DNA from: Felis catus
Taxonomy: Eukaryota
Direction: 5' to 3'
Length of the DNA stretch: 64,000 nucleotides
Assembly: GCF_018350175.1 (NCBI RefSeq)
Contig: NC_058368.1
Coordinates: 86,616,001-86,680,000, forward strand
This document shows, one piece after another, positions 14,426-26,189 of the stretch. The notes below the pieces were generated by a model that was given only the letters and a program-made list of their open reading frames with translations, did not search any database and had not been told where the DNA came from. Every line of letters starts with the position of its first letter. Position 1 is the stretch's first letter. Both the position numbers and the translations under genes were made by a program.

Positions 14426-16098
14426 ATTATTATTATTTTTTTAATTTACATCCAAGTTAGTTAGTGTATAGTGCAACAATGATTTCAGGAGTAGATTCCT
14501 TAATGTCCCTTACCCATTTAGCCCATCCCCCCTCCCTCAAACCACCAGCAAACCTCTGGTTGTTGTCTATATTTAAAAGTCTCTTATGTTTGTCCCCATC
14601 CCTGTTTTTATATTATTTTTGTGTTGCTTCATTTATGTTCATCTGTTTTGTATCTTAAAGTCCTCAGATGAGTGAATTCATATGATATTTGTCTTTCTCT
14701 GACTGACTAATTTTGCTTAGCTTAATACCCTCTAATTCCATCCACATAGTTGCAAATGGAAAGATATCATACTTTTTGATTACTGAGTAATACTCCATTG
14801 GATATATATACCACATCTTTATCCATTTATCCACCTATGTATATTTGGGCTCTCCCATACTTTAGCTATTGTTGATATTACTGCTATAAGCATTGTGATG
14901 CACATGTCCCTTTGAGACAGCATACCTGTATTCCATGAATAAATACCTAGTAATGCAACTGCTGGATCATAGGGTAAGTTCTATTTTTAATTTTTTGAGG
15001 AACCTCTGTGCTGTTTTCCAGGGTGGATGCACCAGCTTGCACTGACACCAACAATGCAAAAGAGATCCTCTTTCTCTGCATCTTCACCAACATCTGTTGT
15101 TGCCTGAGTTGTTAATGTTAGCCATTCTGACAGGTGTCAGGTGGTATCTCATTCTGCTTTTGATTTGTATTTCCCTGATGATGAGTGATGTTGAGCAATT
15201 TTTCATGTGTTGGTTGTCCATCTGCATGTCTTCTTTGAAAAAGTGTCTATTCATGTCTTTTGCCCCTTTCTTCACTGAATTATTTGTTTTTTAAGTGTTG
15301 AGTTTGATAAGTTCTTTATAGATATTTGGATACTAACCCTTTCTTTGATATTCATTTGCAAATATCTTCTCCCATTCTGTCGGTTGCCTTTTAGTTTTGT
15401 TGATTGTTTCCTTTGGCGTGCAGGTTTTTATTTTGATGAGGTCCCAATAGTTCACTTTAGCTTTTGTTTCCCTTGCCTCCAGAGATGTTTTGAGTAAGAA
15501 GTTGCTGCAGTCGAGGTCAAAGAGGTTTTGCCTGCTTTTTCCTCAGGGATTTTGATCTCTTCCTGTCTTAATGTTTAGGTTTTTCATCCAGTTTAGTTTC
15601 ACTGTGTGTATGGTGAAGGAAAGTGTCCCAGGTTCATTTTTCTGTATGTCTTTGTCTAGTTTTCCCAGCATTATTTGCTGAAGATACTGTCTTAATTGCA
15701 TTGGATATTCCTTCCTGCCTTGTCAAAGATTAGTTGGCCATACATCTGAGGGTTAATTTCTGGGTTCTCTCTTCTGTTTCATTATCTGAGTGTCTGTTTT
15801 TCTGCCAGTACCATACTGTCTTGATGACTACAGCTTTGTAATACAGCTTGACATCTGGGATTGTGATGCCTCAGCTTTGGTTTGCTTTGTCGAGATTGCT
15901 TTGGCTATTCGGGGTCTTTTCTGGTTCCATACAAATTTTAGGATTGTTTGTTCTAGCTCTGGGATGAATGATGGTGTTACTTTGATAGGGACTGCATTGC
16001 ATATGTAGATTCCTTTAGGTAGTATTGGCATTTTAACAATATTTGTTCTTCCTATTCAGGAACATGGAATATGTTTTCTGGGTTTTTTTTGTTTGTTT

Positions 16099-16132
<34 letters not shown>

Positions 16133-19100
16133 GTTTCTGCAATTTCTTTCACAAGCTTTGTATACTTTTCAGTTCATAGATTTTTCACCACTTCGGTTTT
16201 GTTTATTCCTAGGTATTTTAAGGTTTTTGGTGCAATTGTAAATGGGATCAATTCCTTGATTTCTCTTTCTGTTGCTTTGTTATTGGTGTATAGGGATGAA
16301 ACTGATTTTTGTGCATTGATTTTACATCCTGCAACTTTGCTGAATTCATGGATCAGTTCCAGCAGTTGTTTTTGGTGGAATCTTTTGGGTTTTCCATATA
16401 GAGTATCACGCCATCAAAAAAGGGTGAAAGTTTCACCTCCTCCTGGCCGATTTGGATGCCTTTTATTTCTTTGTGTTGCCTGATTGTGATTCTTTGTGTT
16501 GTCTTCCAATATTATGTTGAATAAGAGTGGCGAGAGTGGACATCCCTGTCTTGTTCCTGACCTTAGGGGGAAAACTCTCAGTGTTTCCCCATTGAGAATG
16601 ATATTAGCTTTGGGTCGTTCATATATGGCTTTTGTGATGTTGAGTTTGATCCTTCTATACCTACCTTCTTTCTTTAGAGTTTTTGTCAATAAAAGATGCT
16701 TTATTTTGTCAAATGCTTTCTCTGCATCTGTTGAGAGGATCATGTGGTTCTTGTCCTTTCTTTTATTGATGTGATGAATCACATTGATTGTCTTGCTGAC
16801 ATTCAAAGATTCCTGCATCCCAGGCATGCATCCCAGTTTGTCGTGGTGAATAATTCTTTTAAGGTATTGTTGGATCAGGTTGGCTAGTATCTTGTTGAGG
16901 ATTTTTGCACTCATGTTCATCAGGGAAATTGGTCTATTGTTCTCCTTTTTAGTGGTGTCTCTGTTTTTGGAACTAAGGTAATGCTGGCTTCACAGAAACC
17001 ATTTTTTGGAATAGCTTCAAGAGAATAGGTGTTAACCCTTCTTTAAATGTTTGGTAGATGTCCCCTGGAAAGCCATCCAGCCCTGGACTCTTGTTATTTT
17101 GAAATTTTTTTTATTACTAACTTGTTTTCTTTACTGGTTATGGATCTGTTCACATTTTTTATTTCTTCCTGTTTCATTTTTGATAGTCTATATGTTTACA
17201 GGAATTCATCCATTTACCCCAGAGTGCCCATTTTATTAGTATATAATTGCTCATAACATTTTCTTATTATTGTTTGTATTGCTGCTGTGTTGGTTGTGAT
17301 CTCTCCTCTTTAATACTTGATTTTAATTATTTGAGTCCTTTCCTTCTTCTTTTTGATCAAACTGGCTACTGGTTTATCAATTTTGTTAATTCTTTCAAAG
17401 AACCAGCTTCTGGGTTCATTGATCTGTTCTACTGTTTTTGTTTGTTTGTTTGTTTGTTTGTTTGTTTTGATAGCATTGATTTCTGCTCTAATCTTTATTA
17501 TTTCCTGTCTTCTCCTGGTTTGGGGTTTTGTTTGCTGATTATTTCCAGCTCTCTCAGGTGTAGGATTAAGTTGTGTATCTGAGAGCTTTCTTTCTTCTTC
17601 AGGAAGGCTTGAATTACTACATATTTCCCTGTTATGACCACATTTGCTGCATCTCAGAGCCTTTGGGCTGTTGTGTTACCATTTTCTGTAGCTTCCATGT
17701 ACTGTTTAATTTCCTCTTTAACTTCACGGTTAGCCCATTCATTGTTTAGTAAGATATTCTTTAGTCTCCAATTATTCGTTATCTTTCCACATTGTTTCTT
17801 GTCCTTGATTTCAAGTTTCAGAATGTTGTGGTCTGAAAATTTGCACAGCATGATCTTGACATTTTTGTACTTCTTGAGGGCTAATATGTGTCCCAGTATG
17901 TGATCTATTCTAGAGAACGTTCCATGTGCACTGGAGAAGAAAGTATATTCTGTTGTTTTGGGATGAAATGTTCTGAATATATCTGTTAAGTCCAACAGGT
18001 CCAGTGTATCATTTGAAGACATTTTTTCCTTGTTGGTTTGCTCTTTAGATGATCTATCCATTGTTGTAAGTGTTGAAGTGTGCTGTAAGTTTGCTGTAAG
18101 TGTGGGGTTTTGAAGTTCCTTACTATTATAGTATTATTATCAAGGAGTTTCTTTATGTTTGTGATTAAGTGAGTTATATAGTTGGATACTTCCACATTTG
18201 GAGCATAAATGTTTACAATTTTTAGTTCTTCTTGGTGAACAGATCCCTTAATAATATAATGCCCTTCTTCATCACTTGTTACAGTCTTTATTTTAAAGTC
18301 TAGATATTCTGATACAAGTATGGCTACTCTGGCTCTCTTTTGGTGACTATTAGCATGATAGAGGGTTCTGCATACCTTACTTTCAATGTGAAGACGCTTT
18401 TAAGTCTAAAGTGGGTCTCTTGTAAACAGCATAAAGAGGGATCTTATTTTCTTATCCATTCTGTTACTCTATATGTTTTGATTGGAACATTTAGTCCATT
18501 GATGTTTAAAGTGAGTACTGAAATATATGAATTTATTGCCATTATGTTGCCTGTAAAGTTGGAGTTTCTGGTGTTGTTCTCTTGTCATTTCTATTCTTTG
18601 TTGATTTTTTTCCCCTCCCCTCAGAGAATGCCCTTTAAAATGTCTTACAGGACTGGTTTAGTGGTCACAAACTCGTTTAATTTTTGTTTGTCTTGGAAAC
18701 TTTTTATTTCTCCTTCTATTTTGAATGACAGCCTTGCTGGATAAAGAATTCTTAGCTGCATATTTTTCTGATTCATGGCTCTGCTTCATCCATCCTTGTC
18801 GCGCGTGGCGTCTATTCGAGGTTGCCGCTCAGTTATAAGCATATTTTATTTCATCCTGACTAGAGTTTACTTCTTTTATCTCCTCAGGAAGGGATTTTAA
18901 TCTATTTTCAACACAAGCTAGTATTCTTATTATCTTGATTCTAAATTCAGGTTCAGAAATCTTTCTTGTATCTATGTTGTTTCAGTCCCTGGCTGTTGTT
19001 TTTTACTGTTCTCTCTTTTGGGGTAAAATCCTTTGTTTTTTTCCTTTTGAAGGAAAGAAAGGAATTAACAAGGTAAAAAAAGTTAAATTCAAAAATTAAA

Positions 19101-19211
19101 AACAACACACACACACACACTCACACACATGCACACACACAAATCATATAAATGATGCTAGATCCTAGATGAATTTTTGTCTGGTTGTTGAAAAGAGCTT
19201 GATAGATTAGA
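14426..19211 (-). mobile_element. Younger felid-type LINE-1 (3'UTR, ORF2, ORF1 with ~440-bp deletion, broken inside 5'UTR)
   Basis: aatttacatccaagttagttag 3' end; RT remnant 16414-16920 (KILNKILAN...[15 protein letters not shown]); EN remnant 17654-18061; colinear with 53390-58690 apart from the ORF1 deletion at about 18775. Confidence 0.92.
17670..18830. repeat. Left arm (visible part) of a large inverted duplication
   Basis: Reverse complement of 62840-64000; position x pairs with 81670-x; 2 mismatches, no indels. Confidence 0.97.
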
Positions 19212-20335
19212 TATACATGGTATGATCTAATAAATGAGTTCCTTTATATTTGTTATTGTTTATATAGTTGAGTCCACACATTGGGGACATAAATATTTAC
19301 GAATGTTAGATGTTCTTGTTCAATAGACCTCTTTATCATGGTATTGTGCCCTACTTTTCTTGTTACAGTCTCTGGTTTAAATTTAGTTTTTCTGATAAAT
19401 GTTGCTACTCTGGCTTTATTGTGATGTCCTTCTCCATGATAATTGCTTCTCCATCCTCTGATTTTCAATCTTCAGCTGTCTTCTGGCCTAAAGTGAGTTT
19501 CTTGTAGGCACCATATAACTACATTTTTTTTTTACCATTCTGACACTCTATGCCTTTTGATTGAAGTTTTTAGTCCATTTACATTCAGAATAATTATTGA
19601 TAGATATGTATTTAGTCCCATTTTATTACTTGTTTTGTCATAGTGTTTGGAGATTTTCTCTGTTCTTTTCCTATCTTTTTCACTTTTGACCTTCTTTTTC
19701 CACCCAAAGTGTCCCCTTTAATATAACTTGCAGTGATTGTCTAGGAGGGCAAATTCCATTACTTTTATTAGTCTTAGAAACTATTTTTCTATCCTATTTT
19801 GAATGAAAGCCTTGCTAGATAGAGTTTTCTTCATTATATATTTTTCCCATTGAGCACATTCAATATATCATGCCGCTACTGCCCCGTGACTTGCCAAATT
19901 TCTATTGAGAGATCTGCAGCTAGCATTACGCATCTTCCCTTATAAGTTAGGGATTACTTTTGTCTTCCTACTTAAAATATTTTTTTTCATTATCACTATA
20001 TTCTGCATTTTAATTACCACATGACTGGTTGTTGGCTTGCTTTTGTTGATTTTGATGGGAGTTCTCTGCTACTGCTGGATCTGGGCATCTCTTTTTTTTC
20101 CCAGGTTAGGGAATTTTCAGATATTATTTCCTCAAATAAATTTTCTTTCTCTTCTTCTTTTGCTATACTAATATGTTGTTACTTTTTATGTACTTGCTAT
20201 TTCCCTAAATTCAGCTTAATTATGTTCCATTATTTATCCATTTTTTATATTCTATATCATTTATTCATTCCTCTTCTTCTTCATTCCTTGTGTTCATTGC
20301 ACAAATCTGTTTGGAAGCTCAGTTATTGCATTTTT

Positions 20336-20562
20336 TCATTTTTTTTTAAATTTTGTTTAATGTTTATTTATTTTTGAGATAGAGAGAGACAGAGCATGAA
20401 CGGGGGAGGGTCAGAGAGAGAGAGGGAGACACAGAATCTGAAACCGGCTCCAGGCTCTAAGCTGTCAGCACAGAGCCCAACGCGGGGCTCGAACTCACGG
20501 ACCGCGAGATCATGACTTGAGCCGAAGTCGGACGCTTAACTGACTGAGCCACTCAGGCGCCC
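20336..20562 (-). mobile_element. Felid CAN-SINE
   Basis: gccgaagtcggacgcttaactgactgagccactcaggcgccc; CpGs retained; TSD tgcattttttcatttt. Confidence 0.95.
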
Positions 20563-21555
20563 TGCATTTTTTCATTTTTGACAGACTTTTTAATCCCTTT
20601 CATGACTGTGGGAAAGGCCTCCCTGAAGTCTTCATTTCTTTTATTAAGCCTAGTCAGTATCCTTATGATTGTTTCATTAAATTCTCCATCAGGCATGTTA
20701 CTTATATCTGTGTCATTCAGATCTCTGGCCATGATCTTATCTTGTTCTTTCATTTGGGTATATTCCTCCATCTTAGCATTTTGTCTAAGTCTCTGCATGC
20801 TTCTGTGTTTAAAAAAAAGCCAGGCATGTTTCTTGCTCCTAAGAGTAATATCTTTATAAAGATGAGGTCATATAGTATCTAGGCCTGGTGCTACCAGGGA
20901 TGTCTGTTGTGTGCCTTGTATGTGATCTGATGTTAACATTTGCCTGCTCTATCCTTCAGGAAATTCATCTGCAGAGGCTCTCTTTGCCTGAAGTGGACAG
21001 TGTTTGGTCCTTGATCAGAGTGTGATGAATTCTAAATAGGTGTGCTCTAATTGACTTGTTAGGTGATCTCCAGTAATACTCCTAGTACAACTGAAGACCT
21101 GCAGAACTTTATGATTGAGAAATGTGCTTAGGACAAAGGCTTGGGCTGGTCATTTGGGGAAGGGGTCCACCACACTGGGACTGAGACAAGCTTCACTGAG
21201 AAGGGCAGTACTGCCAGAGTGCAGGGATGTGGGATTGGTATAAGCAAGCTAGGCATCAAGTGTTGGCATTGTGCTGTTTACTGGAATCAGCTCTGCATTT
21301 ATGCTGAGTCTTTGGAGAGGGAAAACTCACCAGCTGACCCCTTTGTCCCTGGACAGGTGCCTCTGTGCACATTGCTTCTCCAGGAGGCACACTGAGAAGT
21401 GCAAATAATCTCCCCATTGTGGTCCAGGCGTTTTGAAGATTGCTATTTTCATAATTTTTATCTTCCAATTGTTTGCCTGCCTTTGCTCCAGGGAACAGAG
21501 TGTCTTCCAGTCTTTAGAACAGCCAATCTTGCTGACTTTTAAAACTCTAAGCTTA

Positions 21556-21778
21556 GGATGCCTGGGTGGCTTAGTAGGTTAAGTATCCAACTTTGGCCTA
21601 GGTCATGATCATTGTTTTCAAGTTCAAGTCCCACATCAGGGTATGTGCTGACATCTCAGTACCTGGAGCCTGGAGCCTGGAGCCTGTTTCAGATTCTGTG
21701 TCTCCCACTCTCTTTCTCTGCCTCTCCCTCCCTCACACTCTGTTACTCTTTCTCAAAAATAAATAAACATTAAAAAAC
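21556..21778 (+). mobile_element. CAN-SINE with triplicated cctggag unit
   Basis: ggatgcctgggtggcttagt head; cctggagcctggagcctggagcctg; aataaataaacattaaaaaa tail. Confidence 0.92.
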
Positions 21779-22321
21779 TAAAAGTCCAACAACCCGTTCC
21801 TTTTTCCTTGGAGAGGCATCTCTGTGATTGCTACACCTCAGAGACACACTCCAAGAACAGTGAATAATTTATTCCCTTTATACCTCAGAGGCTCTTCGGA
21901 TTGGTGTTTCTACATGTTCTGCTCCCATGTAGTGTGTATTGTAGTTTGCCCACCCTCTCTCCAGGAGTAGGGCAATGCTCTCAGGGCTCTATCCCAACCA
22001 AGCCTTCAGACCTTTAAAACTCCAGTCTTTCAGTCTTCCTGGTTGCAACAACTGACAAAAAAATCAACTCCTCTCATTTTCCCAACCAATGCCCTTGGGA
22101 AAGCATTCTCCCATTGCATTCCCCTGTGTGCTTCTCTCTCTCTGGCCTTTTTCTGCAAACAAGATATCTCTGTTTCTCTGTAGCACCCAAGGTCTGTTTC
22201 TCTCCAAAACCATATCTCCATATTTCCTACCTGCTTCAATGTGGCTTCTTCCCTCCCTTTAGCTGTAGTGTTTGTTCTCTCAGTGTTCAGGTGGATTTAT
22301 GGGGTATCTGAAATGATTTCA

Positions 22322-23059
22322 GATCCTTGCAGAGGGGTGGAATGTGTCAAAGCTGCAGACCCTCAGAACTGGGGGACCGGGGAAGGTAGCCACATCTGAG
22401 ACAAAACTCGGGGGAGAGGTACTACCTGGGGCTTGTGTAAAAGCAGGAAGTGGACAAAAGCTGAAGACAAAGGATGGGTGTGTGTTTGCTGACTGGGGAG
22501 AACAGAGTTCTGACAATAGAGACTGAGTAACTATGTGACACCATTCTCAAAGCTCCCCAGCATACACATATGCACCTAAGAGCAGCACAACAATCCACCC
22601 CAGTAGGCTAGCAGCGCCATCTAGTGGAAACGGAGCCCTTACACTAAGCCCCGCCCAACTGGGCCAATCTTGCTCTTCACAAACAAGTCTCATGGCCTGA
22701 TTAATTTATGGACAATAAAGCTCTTCATAGTCTGACTTCTAGGGTAAAACAAAATAATTTCAGTCGTATTTAGTCTGTTAGTGGGTCCATCTATTCAATT
22801 TTCATTTTTTTTACTTTTTTTCTATTTTCATTTATTTTCTTTTTCCTGAATACAGAAAGAGGAAAAAAACCATTATTTTTAATTTTTATTAAAATATTTT
22901 CCTTTATATTTTACTATAGTCTTTACTTTTGTGTAATTTTTTTTCAAATTCTATTTTATTTCCATCATTTCACTTTAGTCTACTTCAGTGTATTCATTTT
23001 TACAAATTTTCAAATGATTTCCTTTTTTTCACCCCCCCTTTTTTCTCTAATCTTTCAAG
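22322..23059 (+). mobile_element. LINE-1 5'UTR segment of the younger family
   Basis: Diverged reverse-complement match to about 58678-59435; peptide SFVSDVATFP..LRVCSFDTFH appears in both 22319-22516(-) and 59197-59442(+). Confidence 0.9.
22612..22627 (-). promoter_or_regulatory. CTCF-like motif in L1 5'UTR
   Basis: cagcgccatctagtgg, i.e. CCACTAGATGGCGCTG on the minus strand, fits the CTCF core consensus; binding not shown. Confidence 0.6.
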
Positions 23060-23507
23060 ATATATATGTATGTGTGTGTGTGTGTGTGTGTGTGTCTGTG
23101 TGTGCGTATGCACATATAGTGGAATATTACTCAGCAATCAAAAAGAATAAAATCTTGCCATTTGCAACTTCATGGATGGAAGTGGAGGGTATTAGGCAAA
23201 GTGAAATTCTTCAGTCAGAAAAAAGACAAATATCATTTGACTTCACTCAAATGAGGACTTTAAGAGACAAGACAGATGAAGATAAAGGAAGGGAAACAAA
23301 AATAGTATAAAAACAGGGAGGGGGACAAAACATAATAGACCCATAAATATGGAGAACAAACAGGGCTACTGGAGGGGGTATGGGAGGAGGAAAGGGCTAA
23401 ATGGGTAAGGGGCACTAAGGAATCTACTCCTGAAATCATTGTTGCACTATATGCTAAATAATTTGGATGTACATTTAAAAATAAATAAATAAATAATATT
23501 TTTAAAA
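23060..23507 (+). mobile_element. LINE-1 3' end with (TA)/(TG) microsatellite and A tail
   Basis: ggaatattactcagcaatcaaaaagaataaaatcttgcc...aatctactcctgaaatcattgttgcactatatgcta...aaataaataaataa. Confidence 0.9.
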
Positions 23508-23509
23508 AG

Positions 23510-23904
23510 GTGGTTTTATTAATGCATGGGCACAGTATCCATGGGCAGAAAGTGCTGCCCTAGAAATGTTTGGATTGACTGATGTTATACTTGGAAGTTT
23601 GGATAGGCAAACAGGAGGGTTAGTTTCCAAGAGGATTTTCACATGCTAAAGACGACTTACAGGATTGGCGGCCTGGCTTTTGTCAAGATAAGGTTGTTTT
23701 TCCCTCTATCAAAGCATTAACATTGAGAGGGAACATTAACTGTAGGGAGCTCTTGGAGAAATCTGTGACTCTGCCTGTAGTATATATCAATGGGCTGCAG
23801 GGTACAAGGAGGTTTAATTTTATAAACATTTCTTTCTGCCTTTGTTTCCCAAAATGAATTTAGTTTTATCTACTTTTTTTTTTTGCCTCTTGTTTCCCAC
23901 ATCA
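23510..23904 (-). mobile_element. Partial ERV-type LTR
   Basis: Ends tgtttcccacatca (TG start on minus strand); tttattaatgcatgggcacagtatccatgggcagaaagtgctgc resembles a carnivore LTR poly(A) region as recalled. Confidence 0.55.
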
Positions 23905-24712
23905 CCACTACATATGATGTGTGTGTGTGTGTTGTTTTGTTAATAATAATAGAATACAACTGAGTTAAGTTTTTTTACATAAAAACTTCCATAATTTAAG
24001 CTTGTTTTACAAGAAAATAATCAGTTACGCAGAAACTTTCAAAATTTACAGGAAATATTTATTTTAGTTAATTTATACAAGAAAAATTAGAGCCAAACAA
24101 GAAAAATATTTACAGTTTCCTAATCAAGAAATTGCTTACTTATAAAAGATTCCTTTATATACATTGTTATTTTATTTTGTGAAGCCTGTATTCATAAATA
24201 AACTGTCAAGATTCAACAAAGAAATTCTAAGTAACTCTTCTCTATATAAAATATTTCTTGTCTCCTTTATATTCTATGAAATTTCTTAAAATTCTGTTCT
24301 GGTTTTATATACAAAATAAAATATTTTTAACTTCTGTATTGACATTGTCTTGTTAGAAATAATTGTACACTGACTCACATTTGCCTTTTTTTCTGATCTC
24401 ACTCTTTAATCTCCAGCAGCACAGATTTTGAGACTTCATGATAATCTGCTTTAATGAGAATTACCTACTGGAATGTGATGCTTATTTTTATAACCAAATG
24501 TTCCCTTTTCCTGTGAAAACATATTTGCTGTTGTTTTTTAAAGTAAGCTTTAAAAGTTTATAAAAATAATGCATATAATTAAAATAAATGAATGGACCAA
24601 GCAAGCTTCTTTTGTGTGTCTTTAAATTGCAGTTGGATTAAATGACTCACATTTTTCTTTATGAAATACACAAAACCACCCCCAGATTCGGGCTTCCTTA
24701 ACAAAAATAAAT

Positions 24713-24802
24713 AAAATAATAAAAGAAAAGAAAAGAAAAGAAAAGAAAAGAAAAGAAAAAAGGAAAGAAAGGAAAAGAAAAAAAAATAAAAGAAAATAAA
24801 AT
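24713..24802. repeat. A-rich / (GAAAA)n repeat
   Basis: aaaataaataaaataataaaagaaaagaaaagaaaag... Confidence 0.9.
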
Positions 24803-24929
24803 AAGTAACCCAGTTAGAGCCATTGGATGAATAAAGTCATAAATGGAATACTTAGATATACATTTTTCCAAGAAATCTTATTTTGGGATGATTACTACCA
24901 TTAATGGGATAAGGAAATATCTCCAGGTT

Positions 24930-25670
24930 TGAGGGGTTCAAATATGCTACCCCCAAAATGCCATTTGGTCATTTTGATTATTTTGAGGTGAAAGTACTTG
25001 AGAAATAGAAGATGCTGGAAGGATTCCCTGACCTTCCATTTATTTCTAAAAGCAAATCATAGTATTTCCAATAAGAAAAATGCCCTCCCTGTCCCAAGAA
25101 CACATATTGCAGTTTAGCTGTTGAGGTCGGAATAACCTACTAAAATGGCACTAATCATTCTTAAGTCCCTCCCATAGGTTTGGTGGGCACTCACCCACAA
25201 TTTATTAATACTAGTCAATGCCCTTGTTCTTGGCATATCCCAACAAGTTATAGTTGTTTGTTTAAAATGATACATAAGCTTTTGGGCCCAACAGCTTCTT
25301 TGGGTCTTCATTTTCCTTTTAAACACTCCTATATATGCACATAAAAAATATTTAATAAAGTCCATATATTTTTCTCCTTTTATTTATTTTTTAATATATT
25401 TTTTAAATATTTTATTTTATTTTTGAGAGAGAGGCAGAGCGTGAGCAGGGAAGGGTCAGAGAGAGAGGGGGGACAGAATCTGAAGTAGGCTCTAAATTGT
25501 CAGTGCAGAGCCTGATGCAGAGCTCAACCTCAGGAGCTGAGATCATTACCTGAATTGAAATTTGGCCACTTAACTGACTGAGCCACCCAAGTGCCCACAA
25601 CCTCTGCTAATATCTTGAGATCCAGTTGTATTATCGAGAAAAAATTTAATATAATGTATTTCTACTATTT
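24930..25670 (+). mobile_element. Solo LTR, MER34/MER39-like (ERV1), interrupted by a SINE
   Basis: tgaggggttcaaatatgctacccccaaaatgcc...ttgattattttgaggtgaaag start; aataaa at about 25354; right boundary uncertain. Confidence 0.6.
25378..25597 (-). mobile_element. CAN-SINE
   Basis: T-rich tail, gagagagaggcagagc, cttaactgactgagccacccaagtgccc. Confidence 0.9.
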
Positions 25671-26189
25671 CTATCATCCAGAAAAAGTTAATTACCCAAA
25701 GTCTTCTAAATAAGTATCTATTTCAGTTTATATCCACAATTATATAAACACCAATTAAATGCAGTCCCTAGCTCATCATATGTTTTTAACGACATTTATT
25801 GATTGAGTTATTTTGAGGTAAAAACTGACACATTTATAATAGCCCATCTATCAGATGGTATAATACTGGATCATTTAATTAAAACAACTATTTACCTACT
25901 ATTAAGGTGTAAAGTATGAAAACATTCATTAAATATCACATGGAATTAAGTCAGCCTATTTTCTGGTTGTGAATCTCTTGTGAATAGAAAGTTTGAGTTA
26001 CCCATATCATTGTGGCATTGCACTAAGACATTAAAGCAGAACAGTTATACAATTCTATTTTAGTAGAATTCAACCCAAAATGTCCATATTAAATGATATT
26101 AATTTTATATGTAATTTTTAATTCTTCCTGTTTGCAAGTGTGACTTGGGAACCCATTCTAAACTGATTATTTAAAAATATCTCTCAAAT

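Larger units (their letters stand above)
19212..22320 (-). mobile_element. Older carnivore LINE-1 5' half (EN start, ORF1, 5'UTR with two diverged ~230-bp monomer-like units)
   Basis: EN remnant 19253-19468; ORF1 N-terminal remnant 20553-20798 (MKEQDKIMARDLNDTDISNMPDGEF); 5'UTR resembling 7300-8400; units at about 21325-21550 and 21790-22030. Confidence 0.85.

Noticed and set aside
18340..18744. Identical 134-aa ORF in two places (also 62926-63330) as a duplicated novel gene
   Set aside because: It is the antisense frame of L1 ORF1-end/ORF2-start; identity simply reflects the DNA duplication.
22322..23507. Spliced L1 retrocopy (5'UTR joined to 3' end)
   Set aside because: The sister copies continue c/ccact or ctctt after tcaag, not GT, so there is no canonical donor. 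The breakpoint coincides with 19211, favouring rearrangement.
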